The notes beneath the pieces were generated by a model. It was given only the letters and a program-made list of their open reading frames with translations. It did no database searches and had not been told where the DNA came from. Shown one piece after another: positions 15,224 through 23,918 of a stretch of DNA of 37,754 nucleotides; position 1 is the stretch's first letter, and each line of letters begins with the position of its first letter. A program made the position numbers and the translations under genes. This DNA is from an uncultured bacterium (GTDB taxonomy: Bacteria; RBG-13-61-14; DATKZS01), in assembly GCA_964650485.1 (NCBI GenBank), contig CAZYTX010000032.1, positions 1-37,754 of the forward strand. Direction: 5' to 3'.

Positions 15224-16369
15224 ATGGCATTCCTGGACATAATCGAGTGGTTTGACGAGACCGGCGAGGAGATGGTGCACCGGGTGCCGGAGTCGGGCTC
15301 CGCGGAGACCAAGTACGGCTCGCAGCTTGTGGTGCGCGAGAACCAGGCCGCGGTGTTCTTCAGGGACGGCAAGGGCCTGGACGTGCTCGGGCCGGGCAGG
15401 CACACCCTGTCCACCCAGAACATACCGCTCCTCACCAAGATGCTGACCGGCCTGGGCTTCGGCCTGGACTCTCCCTTTCGGACCGAGGTGCTCTTCATCA
15501 ACATGAAGGTGTTCACAAACATGAAGTGGGGCACCCGGGAGCCGGTGGCCTTCCGCGACTCCGAGCTGGGCCTGGTCAGGCTGCGCGCCTTCGGCAACTT
15601 CACCGCCCGGGTGACGCAGCCGCTGCTCTTCGTCAACAACCTGGTGGGCACCATGGGAAGGTACACCACCGCGGACATAGAAGGGTACTTGAAGGACGTG
15701 ATCGTGGCCAGGCTCAACGACCTCTTGGGAGAGCAGCTCGACACCGTGTTCAACCTGCCAGCGGTGTACGACGAGCTCGGGGTGGCGGTGAAGATGCGGC
15801 TCTCGGACGACTTCGACAAGTACGGGCTCGAGCTCATTGACTTCTTTGTACAGTCAATCACCCCGCCCGAGGAGGTGCAGAAGATGATTGACGAGCGCGC
15901 CGGCATGGGCGCGGTGGGCGACCTGGGAAAGTTCACCCAGTTCCAGGCGGCCAAGTCCATGCGGGACGCGGCCCGGGGAGGGGCCGGGGGCGAGGGCGGC
16001 GGACCGGCCTCCGCCGGCATGGGAATGGGCGTGGGCGCCGGCCTTGGCCTCATGATGCCGGGGATGATGTTCCAGACCATGAAGGGCATGACACCAGAGC
16101 AGACCCAGCAGAAGATACAGGAGTCCGGGGTGATGGCATGCCCGGCATGCCAGGCGCAGATACCACCGGACTCGAGGTTCTGTCCAAAGTGCGGAGAGCA
16201 GCTCGTGGTGGTGAGGAAGTGTCCGAGCTGCGGCAGGAACGTGGACGCGGAGGCAAAGTTCTGCTCCCAGTGCGGCCAGGACCTTTCGAGCAAGCCGGCC
16301 TGCCCGAGCTGCAAAAAAGAGGTGGTCCCGGGGACGAAATTCTGTCCCCACTGCGGGGAGAAGCTTTGA
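15224..16369 (+). CDS. SPFH/band-7 family protein (COG4260-type) with three C-terminal zinc-ribbon repeats
   Basis: The N-terminus MAFLDIIEWFDETGEEMVHRVPE...QLVVRENQAAVFFRDGK is typical of this SPFH subfamily. A Gly/Met-rich linker follows, then three CPxC-x9-11-FCxxCG motifs. RBS GGAGGAAAGGG precedes the start. Confidence 0.85.
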   Translation: MAFLDIIEWFDETGEEMVHRVPESGSAETKYGSQLVVRENQAAVFFRDGKGLDVLGPGRHTLSTQNIPLLTKMLTGLGFGLDSPFRTEVLFINMKVFTNMKWGTREPVAFRDSELGLVRLRAFGNFTARVTQPLLFVNNLVGTMGRYTTADIEGYLKDVIVARLNDLLGEQLDTVFNLPAVYDELGVAVKMRLSDDFDKYGLELIDFFVQSITPPEEVQKMIDERAGMGAVGDLGKFTQFQAAKSMRDAARGGAGGEGGGPASAGMGMGVGAGLGLMMPGMMFQTMKGMTPEQTQQKIQESGVMACPACQAQIPPDSRFCPKCGEQLVVVRKCPSCGRNVDAEAKFCSQCGQDLSSKPACPSCKKEVVPGTKFCPHCGEKL

Positions 16370-16393
16370 AATTCGAGTCCGCATTCTAATCCC

Positions 16394-16858
16394 ATGTACG
16401 ATCTTGTTGCCGAGGTTATGAAGATAACCGGTATCCTTGAAGACGGCGGCATTAAGTACGCGCTGTGTGGGGGGCTCGCGGTCGGCATTTACACGGAGCC
16501 AAGGGCTACCATAGATATTGACCTCGTGGTCGAGCCCGATGACCTGGAAAGAATAATCGAGCGCCTCAAGGAAGCCGGGTATGAAAAGTTCTCAGGGCCC
16601 ATGCCGCTCGAAAAGGGGAGGATGAATATCCAGCGTCTTGTAAAGCTTGAGCAGGGCAAGCCCGAGGTCCTGATGCTGGACCTTTGCATGCCCGATAAAA
16701 ACAAGTACAAAAAGGTATGGAAAGACTGGCGCAAGGTCCCTTTCCAGGACGCCCACATCTGGGTGCTCTCCAGGGAGGGGCTTATAGAGATGAAAAGCGA
16801 GAGGAGATCGGACAAAGACCTCCTGGACTTGAAGGCCCTGGAGAAAAAAGGAAAGTGA
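16394..16858 (+). CDS. Minimal nucleotidyltransferase-fold protein (MNT-like; putative antitoxin/partner of the downstream HEPN protein)
   Basis: ALCGGLAVGIYTEPRATIDIDLVV resembles the NTase-fold h[G/C]Gx9-13DhDhhh signature. Assignment is by motif only. Confidence 0.5.
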   Translation: MYDLVAEVMKITGILEDGGIKYALCGGLAVGIYTEPRATIDIDLVVEPDDLERIIERLKEAGYEKFSGPMPLEKGRMNIQRLVKLEQGKPEVLMLDLCMPDKNKYKKVWKDWRKVPFQDAHIWVLSREGLIEMKSERRSDKDLLDLKALEKKGK

Positions 16859-16899
16859 AGCCAAGCAATATAAATCTCGACCCTGAAAGTTCCATCAGG

Positions 16900-17178
16900 A
16901 TGGCCGCGGAGATAACCAGGACCTGCAAGCTCATGCGCAATGCGTATCTGGAGAGCAGGCGCGATGAGCTCCTGGCCATTTTTAACCACTACCTTAAAGA
17001 ATCCAAAAGCATCGAGTCCCCCGACCCTGACGCTATAATCACCGGCTTCATGAAATCATGGGAGAGAGGAGATTACGAGAGCATAACAACGGCGGGCGCC
17101 CTCCTTGAAGATTCTTTTTTCCGGGACAACCGCGAGGCCCACGCCTTTTATCTGGCGGCCAAAAAAAACCTAAAATAG
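16900..17178 (+). CDS. Putative HEPN-domain protein (R-x5-H motif)
   Basis: The C-terminal FFRDNREAHAFYLAAK contains an Rx4-6H HEPN-like motif. It is a small protein directly downstream of the MNT-like gene. The start is uncertain: ATG 16900 or in-frame GTG 16855. Confidence 0.4.
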   Translation: MAAEITRTCKLMRNAYLESRRDELLAIFNHYLKESKSIESPDPDAIITGFMKSWERGDYESITTAGALLEDSFFRDNREAHAFYLAAKKNLK

Positions 17179-17183
17179 AAAAG

Positions 17184-17936
17184 ATGCAGATAAAGTGCAC
17201 ACAGTGCGGGGCCGGGGTGCCGATCGAACATGACACCGGCTTCATCAACTGCCCCTTCTGCGATACCGCGTTGTATCTGGACACTGACCGTACGGTCAAG
17301 CACTTCTACCTGGACTTCCAGGTCTCATCGAAAGACCTTGCCCCCGTGATCCAGAGGAAGCTCTCCTACATGGAGGTCAAGGCGCCGGTGAAGGTTTTGA
17401 GCCACTCCATGGTGTTCCTGCCGGTATGGAAGCTGGAAGCCGCCACCGGTGAGACCGTGCTGGTGCCGGGGGCCGCCTTGTCCATGGAGGCCATGGAGGA
17501 GCTGCGACTGCCCGCGGGCGACCTGAAGCTGATGGGCCCGGACGCTGCCGCTGACAAGGAGCTGACCGAACCAGAGCTGCTTCTGGAGGACGCGGCCCGC
17601 AAGGCCCGGGAGACGCTGGGGGGTGAGGACGTGAAGATCAGGGCCGCCTCGCTGGTGCACCTGCCCTTTTACCGGGTGGAGTACTCCTGCAGGGACGAGT
17701 CGTTCGAGGCCGCGGTGGACGGCGTATCCGGCGAGGTGTACGCAGACTCCTGGCCCTCGGCCCCCCACAGGCAGAAGGACAGGGTCCTGGGCATGATCGC
17801 GGCCCTGGCCTTCGGGCTCTTCTTCATCGAGGCCGCGGCCATACCCGGCTTCTGGCTGGTGGTCCCGGCTTACGCAATCACCGGGGTCGGCATCTACTTC
17901 CTTGCAAGGGGCGTTCTCAAGAAGATGGGATGGTGA
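17184..17936 (+). CDS. Zinc-ribbon membrane protein, paralog A (N-terminal CxxCG...CPFC; two C-terminal TM helices)
   Basis: N-terminal CTQCG-x14-CPFC is followed by conserved blocks shared with paralog B (HFYLDFQ..VIQRKL; LPFYRVEY...AAVDGVSGEVY). The C-terminal hydrophobic hairpin is VLGMIAALAFGLFFIEAAAIPGFWLVVPAYAITGVGIYFLA. Confidence 0.7.
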   Translation: MQIKCTQCGAGVPIEHDTGFINCPFCDTALYLDTDRTVKHFYLDFQVSSKDLAPVIQRKLSYMEVKAPVKVLSHSMVFLPVWKLEAATGETVLVPGAALSMEAMEELRLPAGDLKLMGPDAAADKELTEPELLLEDAARKARETLGGEDVKIRAASLVHLPFYRVEYSCRDESFEAAVDGVSGEVYADSWPSAPHRQKDRVLGMIAALAFGLFFIEAAAIPGFWLVVPAYAITGVGIYFLARGVLKKMGW

Positions 17937-19116
17937 GCCCTTGGCAAAGATCGTCCACGTAAACTGCCCCAGGTGCGGGGGCACCCTGGGCATGGCCGGC
18001 GTGGACCGTGTGGTCAAGTGCCGCTACTGCGGCTCCTGGTCGTTGGTGGACGCGCCCGGGGTGGTGCCCGAGTACTTTGTAATGCCGAGCCTCAAAGAGT
18101 CGGACGCCCGCCGGGTGATACAGCGGCTGCTCATGGACGACGACATGCCGGACGGTATGCTGAAGACGGCCGCGTTCCACTCTGCCAGGCTCTACTTCAT
18201 TCCCTACCACGAACTTTCCGGCAAGAGGCTCGGCACCATGACCACCACACAGTACAAGGAGACCTCGCGCAGGCCCTCACTCGATCTTCGGACCGGGGCC
18301 TATGGAATGGAGGGGGTGAGTCTCCGGGAGCAGCGGGCCATGACCCCCAAGGAGAAGCAGAAGGACACCAGGGTGGTGATGGCCGACGTGACCAGGCTCG
18401 AGCCCGCGGTCAGGCTCAGCCAATGGGCCCTGGACCAGGCGGAAATAAGCTCGCTGCGTTCGGGCCCGGCCGGGGTGCTGCAGCCCATGAACCGCCGGAC
18501 CATGGAGAGGCTGGGGAAGGTATACGACGCAACAGTGTCTCCCGAGCAGATGATCTCGTCCATGGACTCGGGGCGGCTGGCCGCGTCCCTGGACGACCGC
18601 ACCGAGATCGCCGAGGTCAGGATCAAGAGGATATTTTATCCTGTATGGAGGGTGAGGTACCGCTACCAGGGCAGGCTCTACGGCGCAAGTGTGGACGGGG
18701 TCACCGGAAAGGTCATGACCGCGAGGGCCCCCCGGGACGACCGCAACCGGGTGCTCTGGCTGCTGGGCACGAGCGCGCTCCTCTCTTTCGTGGGAGGGAA
18801 GATCGTGAGAGCGGTGGGCATAGCCGCCCTGTTCGATCGGGAGAGCGTTAACGCCCTGCTCACTTTTTTTGTCCAGGGCGCGTATCTTGTGGCGCCCCTG
18901 GTGCTGGTGGCTCTCATGGTGGTGGTGTTCGTTATGGGGATGGGGTGGGAGCAGTTCAGGTACGAGGGCGAGCTCATAATAGAGGGCGACAAGCGGAGGG
19001 TGGAGAAGATCAACCGCCCGGCTCGCACGGCCTTCGACAAGATACAGAAGTTTTTGCAGGACGTCATCAACCGGGTCTTTCAAACTTATCGGCAAAGGCG
19101 GGTTAATAGATGGTGA
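17902..19116 (+). CDS. Zinc-ribbon membrane protein, paralog B (CPRCGG...CRYCG; C-terminal TM helices)
   Basis: It shares with paralog A EYFVMP...VIQRLL and YPVWRVRYRY...ASVDGVTGKVM. The start is uncertain: a TTG at 17902 or 17941 is required to include the zinc ribbon, and it overlaps the upstream gene. Its stop overlaps the start of paralog C (ATGGTGA). Confidence 0.65.
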   Translation: MQGAFSRRWDGEPLAKIVHVNCPRCGGTLGMAGVDRVVKCRYCGSWSLVDAPGVVPEYFVMPSLKESDARRVIQRLLMDDDMPDGMLKTAAFHSARLYFIPYHELSGKRLGTMTTTQYKETSRRPSLDLRTGAYGMEGVSLREQRAMTPKEKQKDTRVVMADVTRLEPAVRLSQWALDQAEISSLRSGPAGVLQPMNRRTMERLGKVYDATVSPEQMISSMDSGRLAASLDDRTEIAEVRIKRIFYPVWRVRYRYQGRLYGASVDGVTGKVMTARAPRDDRNRVLWLLGTSALLSFVGGKIVRAVGIAALFDRESVNALLTFFVQGAYLVAPLVLVALMVVVFVMGMGWEQFRYEGELIIEGDKRRVEKINRPARTAFDKIQKFLQDVINRVFQTYRQRRVNRW

Positions 19117-19763
19117 CGGAGGAGCTGAAGGTCGTGCCCCTGGTGTGCCCCGACTGCGGGCGGGGCCTTTTGGGCCTTCGATACGACAAGGTGTTCTTCT
19201 GCATGAGCTGCATGCAGGGGCTCTACCCTCCGGCCCGGGGACAATGGGAGCGCTTCCCGGCGAGCTTCCCAAAGCTCGACGAGAACTCCATGCAGCCCTC
19301 TTTTTACCTCCCCTTCTGGGAGATCAAGATCAAGGTTGATGCCGTGGCCGCCAGCAGGCAGCAGCAGGTGGCGCTAAAGAAGCTGGAAGACCTGGACACG
19401 GCCTGGGTCACCGGCTTCTCCGTGATCCGGGCCAGCTACTACGGCGACCTGGGCCTGCTCTACACGGAGAAGAGGATAAGGCTCGAGCCCGGTCCCAGGC
19501 CGGCGCGAGCCTTCATCACCGGGTGCAGCCGCACGGTCCTTGACGTTACAAAGTACGTGGAGCTGCTGGTCACCTTGATCCTGGACAAGAGGGCCGACGT
19601 GACCGGCATGGAGCTTGACATTAAAACAACCGGTGCAAAGCTCTGGGGGGTCCCCTTCCTGGACAGGGGCGACAAGGTGGCGGACCTGGTGACCGGCGCC
19701 GAGCTGCCGGTGTTCGCCATTGACGACCTCGAGGACGTGAAGAGGGTATACTCCAGAAGATAA
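19110..19763 (+). CDS. Zinc-ribbon protein, paralog C (CPDCG...CMSC), soluble
   Basis: N-terminal Cys4 ribbon is followed by SFYLPFWEIKIKVD, which echoes the LPVWKLE/YPVWRVRY blocks of A and B. There is no TM segment. Confidence 0.65.
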   Translation: MVTEELKVVPLVCPDCGRGLLGLRYDKVFFCMSCMQGLYPPARGQWERFPASFPKLDENSMQPSFYLPFWEIKIKVDAVAASRQQQVALKKLEDLDTAWVTGFSVIRASYYGDLGLLYTEKRIRLEPGPRPARAFITGCSRTVLDVTKYVELLVTLILDKRADVTGMELDIKTTGAKLWGVPFLDRGDKVADLVTGAELPVFAIDDLEDVKRVYSRR

Positions 19764-19774
19764 GGGAACCGCCC

Positions 19775-20974
19775 CTACTTCTTCTTGAGCTCTGCCACGG
19801 CTTCCTCCAGGCCCTCGATGGTGAGGTCGAACATGGGCAGCACCCGCCTGATCTCTTGTATGGTCTCGGCGCCCTCGGTCCACCCCCACCTGCTCCTGTG
19901 CTTGGGGTTCAGCCATACCGCATGGGGGAAGGTCTCGGCCAGGAACTCGATCCACTTTATCCCCGGCCGGGTCTGGGTCTCGTAGTAATAGATGCTGCCC
20001 TGGCCCCCCATGAGCTCGTAGGGGGCCATGGAGGCGTCGCCCACGATGATGAGCCTGGTCTCCGGCTCCCATTTCGAGAAGTCAATGGTGTGGCAGGGCT
20101 TCCTCACCCGCACGGGGTCCTCCCACACGCGATCGTATATGCAGTTGTGGAAGTAGAAGGTGTGAAGCTCCTTGAAGTTGGCCCGGGCGTAGGCGAAGAG
20201 CGTGGTGCACACCTCGATGAAGGGGTCCATTGACCAGCCGCCGTTGTCCATCAAGAGCACCACCCGGAGCCTGTCCCGGAGCGCCCGGTCGAACACTATC
20301 TCTATCTCTCCCCCCTGCCGGCAGGTCTGTTTTATGCTCTCCTCGATGTTGACCCGGTCGCGCGGCCCCGCGGGGCGCAGGTTCTTCAGGTGCCGGAGGG
20401 CCTCGCCCATCTCCGAGGCCCCGATGGTGCGGCCCACCGAGTAGTCCTTGTAGCGCCGCTCCATGGCCACCTTGACCGCGGTCTTGCCGCCCGAGCTCCC
20501 GCCCACCCTCATGCCGCCCGGGTTGTATCCCGAGTGCCCAACCGGCGAGGTCCCCCCGGTGCCGATCCAGCGGTCGCCCCCGTGGTGGGCCTCGGTCTGC
20601 TCCCCGAGCCTTTCCAGGAAGTACTTTACAAGCTCATCGGGCGAGAGCTTTTTTATGTCCTCGGGGTCAAGGCCCAGAAGCTCGGCCAGGTCCTCGGGCT
20701 TTGTGAGCCACTCCTCCAAAAGGCGCCGCATGGAGTTCTCCATCTCCTGGCTGATCTCGTCGGTGAACTCGATGCCGTGGAAGCAGGACGCGAACACCCG
20801 GTCGTACAGGTCGAAGAACCGCTCGCTCTTTACCAGGATGGAACGGGCCACCACGTAGAAGTCCTCCAAGGATGCCACCAGCCCCAGGTCCAGGGCCTTC
20901 TGAAGGCGAAGGAAAGCAGTGGGGGTCACGGGGACGCCTTTGCCGCGCAGTTCGTAAAAGAAGTCTATGAACAT
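19775..20974 (-). CDS. VWA-domain CoxE-like protein (vWA-MoxR-associated family)
   Basis: The N-terminus MFIDFFYELRGKGVPVTPTAFLRLQKAL is the typical CoxE-family opening, and a C-terminal VWA-like region follows. A GGGAAGAG RBS precedes ATG 20974. The upstream 81-aa extension of the ORF is rejected. Confidence 0.8.
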   Translation of the reverse strand: MFIDFFYELRGKGVPVTPTAFLRLQKALDLGLVASLEDFYVVARSILVKSERFFDLYDRVFASCFHGIEFTDEISQEMENSMRRLLEEWLTKPEDLAELLGLDPEDIKKLSPDELVKYFLERLGEQTEAHHGGDRWIGTGGTSPVGHSGYNPGGMRVGGSSGGKTAVKVAMERRYKDYSVGRTIGASEMGEALRHLKNLRPAGPRDRVNIEESIKQTCRQGGEIEIVFDRALRDRLRVVLLMDNGGWSMDPFIEVCTTLFAYARANFKELHTFYFHNCIYDRVWEDPVRVRKPCHTIDFSKWEPETRLIIVGDASMAPYELMGGQGSIYYYETQTRPGIKWIEFLAETFPHAVWLNPKHRSRWGWTEGAETIQEIRRVLPMFDLTIEGLEEAVAELKKK

Positions 20975-20979
20975 CCGTA

Positions 20980-21687
20980 CTACTCTTCCCCTAAGACCGC
21001 CCGCGGCAGTGGGGCAGGGGCCTCCAGGCCGTGAACGCCGCGGCCGCTTTTTATATGTTCGGCCGCCTCTTCCAGGAACTCGAACTGCGCCGGGTGCACG
21101 AAGGGAATATGGAAGTGGCTCATCATCTCGAGCTTGGCGTCCGATAATTCCCAGCCCTGGAAAACCATGCGATAGAGCGCGACCATGACACCGGTGCGGT
21201 CCGCTCCACCCTCGCAATGCACCAGCACCGGGAAGGGCAGGCGCGCGCTCGAGGCCGCGCCCATGCCGGCATGACCGGTGACCGTCCTCTCATACTCATC
21301 AATATTGACGGCCTCGCCCCTTATTACCCTGAAGAACAGCTCCACCTGTTCCCCGGTGGGCGGGTCATCGGCCCACATCCTCATGACCAGCACGGGCACG
21401 CCCTCCCGCAAGGCCCATTCCAGGACCTCGTCCTCCTCGCTGTGGGCGAGACAGAGGATGGAGCCAAGGCCGTGCCGGTCCCGGACGAGCTCCAGGTCAC
21501 CGGGCAGGGGCTGGGCCGAGCGGATGAGCCGTCCCGGCTCCACCACCTCGAGGTTTAAAAAAGGCGACCGGTCCTGCACCAGCATGGCCCCGGAATACGC
21601 GCCAATGACGGCCACAACAAAGGCCGTGACAATCGCGGTCCTGGTTGACAGCCTCAGACCCTGCCACCTTGAAAAAGCAGACATCAA
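20980..21687 (-). CDS. Protein tyrosine/dual-specificity phosphatase with N-terminal membrane anchor
   Basis: HCEGGADRTG is the CX5R(S/T) P-loop, and the N-terminal hydrophobic segment is AIVTAFVVAVIGAY. Its stop abuts the CoxE-like start, so the two are probably co-transcribed. Confidence 0.75.
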   Translation of the reverse strand: MMSAFSRWQGLRLSTRTAIVTAFVVAVIGAYSGAMLVQDRSPFLNLEVVEPGRLIRSAQPLPGDLELVRDRHGLGSILCLAHSEEDEVLEWALREGVPVLVMRMWADDPPTGEQVELFFRVIRGEAVNIDEYERTVTGHAGMGAASSARLPFPVLVHCEGGADRTGVMVALYRMVFQGWELSDAKLEMMSHFHIPFVHPAQFEFLEEAAEHIKSGRGVHGLEAPAPLPRAVLGEE

Positions 21688-21800
21688 CAGGAATAGTAAC
21701 CGCTTTTTTAGAATCTATCAAAGGAGCGACCTGCGGACGCGCATATATACGAGTCTTGGCTTTTTGACAGCCTCCCCCGTGACGCCTAAATTAATAATGT

Positions 21801-22481
21801 ATGCAAACAGGGAAAGCACAGAGAGGCGAGAGCGGCTCGCGCATATGGTTGGCCATGGCCGTATCAATTGCCCTGCACCTTATGGCCGCGGCCTTGGCCG
21901 GCGCTGTGCTGCCTGATGTCAAAAAGTCCCGGCCGCTGAACCTGGAGGTGGACCTCAGGCTGCTGGCGCCCGTGCGGCAGGAAAAGAAGGCGCCTCCCGA
22001 GCCGAAGAAGCCACTAAAGCGGCCCGAGCCAAAGCACGAAAAGCCGGAGCCCCGGCCGGAGCCGCAGCCGAGACCGGCGCCCGAGCCCGAAGAGATTGAA
22101 AAACCCGAATCCGAGCAGCCTGAAAAAGAGGTTGAAGCAGAGCGGGCAAGGGGGGACGCACCTGAAGAGGGGCAGGAGAGCGAAGCCGCGGCCTTCCTCG
22201 AAAGCTACAAGCGCGTTATATACCAGAAGATTTACGAGGCCAGGCGCTACCCGGTGCGCTCGCGGCTGAACCGAGAGGAGGGACCCGTCACCGTGCGGTT
22301 CGTGATACTGGATGATGGCTCGGTCGAGGGGCTTTCGGTAATGGAGAGCTCGGGCCACTCCCTCCTGGACCGGGCCGCGCTGGAAGCGGTGGAGAGGGCC
22401 GCGCCTTTCCCCCCGCTTGCCGGGGACGCGGGTCTCTCGCGCCTCCCGGTTGTCGTGCCTGTAAGGTTCACCCTGCGCTAG
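21801..22481 (+). CDS. TonB family energy-transducer C-terminal domain protein
   Basis: An N-terminal TM helix is followed by a Pro/Glu/Lys-rich spacer (PEPKKPLKRPEPKHEKPEPRPEP), then the TonB C-terminal domain (YPVRSRLNREEGPVTVRFVILDDGSVEGLSVMESSGHSLLDRAALEAVERAAPFPP). The start is uncertain: 21801 or 21855. Confidence 0.75.
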   Translation: MQTGKAQRGESGSRIWLAMAVSIALHLMAAALAGAVLPDVKKSRPLNLEVDLRLLAPVRQEKKAPPEPKKPLKRPEPKHEKPEPRPEPQPRPAPEPEEIEKPESEQPEKEVEAERARGDAPEEGQESEAAAFLESYKRVIYQKIYEARRYPVRSRLNREEGPVTVRFVILDDGSVEGLSVMESSGHSLLDRAALEAVERAAPFPPLAGDAGLSRLPVVVPVRFTLR

Positions 22482-22570
22482 CCCATACAAAGCGACAAAT
22501 GAAAAAGCGGGGCCTTGGGAGAGCGGCCCCGCTCCTCATATCAATATTTGGGTCCTTTTTCCAAGAGGGC

Positions 22571-23491
22571 TTACTTCCCGCCCTCCTGCCAGGACGGCGC
22601 TCCGGGCATGTAGGGCGCGTTCGCCTTTGCCGCCAGGTCCCTCATCTCGTCGGCGTGCTTTGCGAGGTCAGTGGGGCCCCACTTGCCGTCGCCGGCCTCC
22701 CATACCTTGATGGGCCTTGGCAGCCTCCAGAGCTGCACGAACTTGCCGAAGACCCCGAACACCTGGCCGTTGATCCCCGCGGCCTTGTCCGAGCACAGGA
22801 AGATGACCGCGGGTGATATTTTATCCGGGGTGAGCTCCTTCATCATGTCGGCCATTGGCAGGTCGTCGGTCATGCGGGTGAGCGCCATGGGAGCGATGGC
22901 GTTTATGCGGATGTTGTACTTTGCGTACTCCAGAGCCATGGTGAGGGTCATTCCCACTATGCCCATCTTTGCCGCGCCGTAGTTGGCCTGTCCCGGGTTG
23001 CCGAGCAGCCCGGAGGTGGAGCTGGTGTTAACGATGGCGCCTCCGTTTGGCAGCTTGCCTTCCTTGCCGGCCTTGCGGAAGTGCTGGCCCGCGGCCCGGG
23101 CGCAGGCGAAGTGGCCGCGCATGTGCACCTTGATCACCGAGTCCCACTCCCCGTCTTCCATGTTGAAGCTCATCTTGTCGCGCAGGATACCGGCGTTGTT
23201 TATGAGGGCGTCGAACTGGCCCCACTTGTCCACGCCCGCCTGGATCAGGGCGTTTGCTCCCTCGGTCTCGGAGATGTCCTGGTAATGGGCCACCGCGTCG
23301 CCGCCCATGCCCTTGATCTCCTCCACCACCGTATCAGCCACCTTGGCATCCTTGCCAGAGCCGTCCCTTGATCCGCCGATGTCGTTCACTATGACCCTGG
23401 CGCCCTCTTTGGCCGCGAGCATCGCGTGCTCTTTTCCAATGCCGGCCCCGGCCCCGGTCACCGCTACAACCTTACCGTCAAGCAATCCCAT
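22571..23491 (-). CDS. SDR family oxidoreductase (short-chain dehydrogenase)
   Basis: TGAGAGIG Rossmann motif and a catalytic YxxxK (YGAAK). AGGAGG RBS lies 7 nt upstream of ATG 23491. Confidence 0.85.
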   Translation of the reverse strand: MGLLDGKVVAVTGAGAGIGKEHAMLAAKEGARVIVNDIGGSRDGSGKDAKVADTVVEEIKGMGGDAVAHYQDISETEGANALIQAGVDKWGQFDALINNAGILRDKMSFNMEDGEWDSVIKVHMRGHFACARAAGQHFRKAGKEGKLPNGGAIVNTSSTSGLLGNPGQANYGAAKMGIVGMTLTMALEYAKYNIRINAIAPMALTRMTDDLPMADMMKELTPDKISPAVIFLCSDKAAGINGQVFGVFGKFVQLWRLPRPIKVWEAGDGKWGPTDLAKHADEMRDLAAKANAPYMPGAPSWQEGGK

Positions 23492-23681
23492 CTTACTTCC
23501 TCCTTCCTTGGAACTTTTATTAAGGGTGAGCAAAAAGCCTTGAACCGGCTCTCCCTTGCCGACAGGAATTCTTTCACATCAATCTCCGGCTGTCAAATTT
23601 TCAAGAGGAAACGCAAAAGCCGCCAAGAAAGACGCCAAGAAGGACGAGAGATGCTCTTGAAGCAACGAGAAGAACGGGGCA

Positions 23682-23918
23682 TTATTCTTGATCCATTACG
23701 GTTTTTCCAGTCTCTGCGGGAACAGATTCGATTTGCCATCGCCGCAGATCAGCGCCGGGCGAGCGTCTTGAAAGATATAGCATCTCGATGCCCGCCACGC
23801 GGCCCTCGGCGTCATAATCCATTATTATTCCAGGTGAAACCTCTTCAGAATTGCTGGTTTTTGCTTCGCTAAGCGTGAGATATAATGCATCGGCCTGCTC
23901 GTCTGTTTTCAACTTCAT
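23682..23918 (-). CDS. DUF2283-domain small protein
   Basis: The pattern EADALYLTLSE...GIIMDYDAEGRVAGIEML matches the DUF2283 consensus (ADALYI.L...GV.LDYD..G.IVGIEIL). Confidence 0.7.
   Translation of the reverse strand: MKLKTDEQADALYLTLSEAKTSNSEEVSPGIIMDYDAEGRVAGIEMLYLSRRSPGADLRRWQIESVPAETGKTVMDQE

Noticed and set aside
20975-21217. 81-aa N-terminal extension of the CoxE-like ORF (MRGWSGPHRCHG...)
   Set aside because: It overlaps the phosphatase gene and is Arg/Gly/Pro-rich. The CoxE family begins at MFIDFFYELR, with an RBS before ATG 20974.
23534-23680. Short direct repeats CGCCAAGAA(A/G)GACG between the SDR and DUF2283 genes, echoed at 33070-33090
   Set aside because: Only 9-12 nt are shared and it is weakly periodic. 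This could be chance in GC-rich DNA. I note it but do not call it a repeat family.
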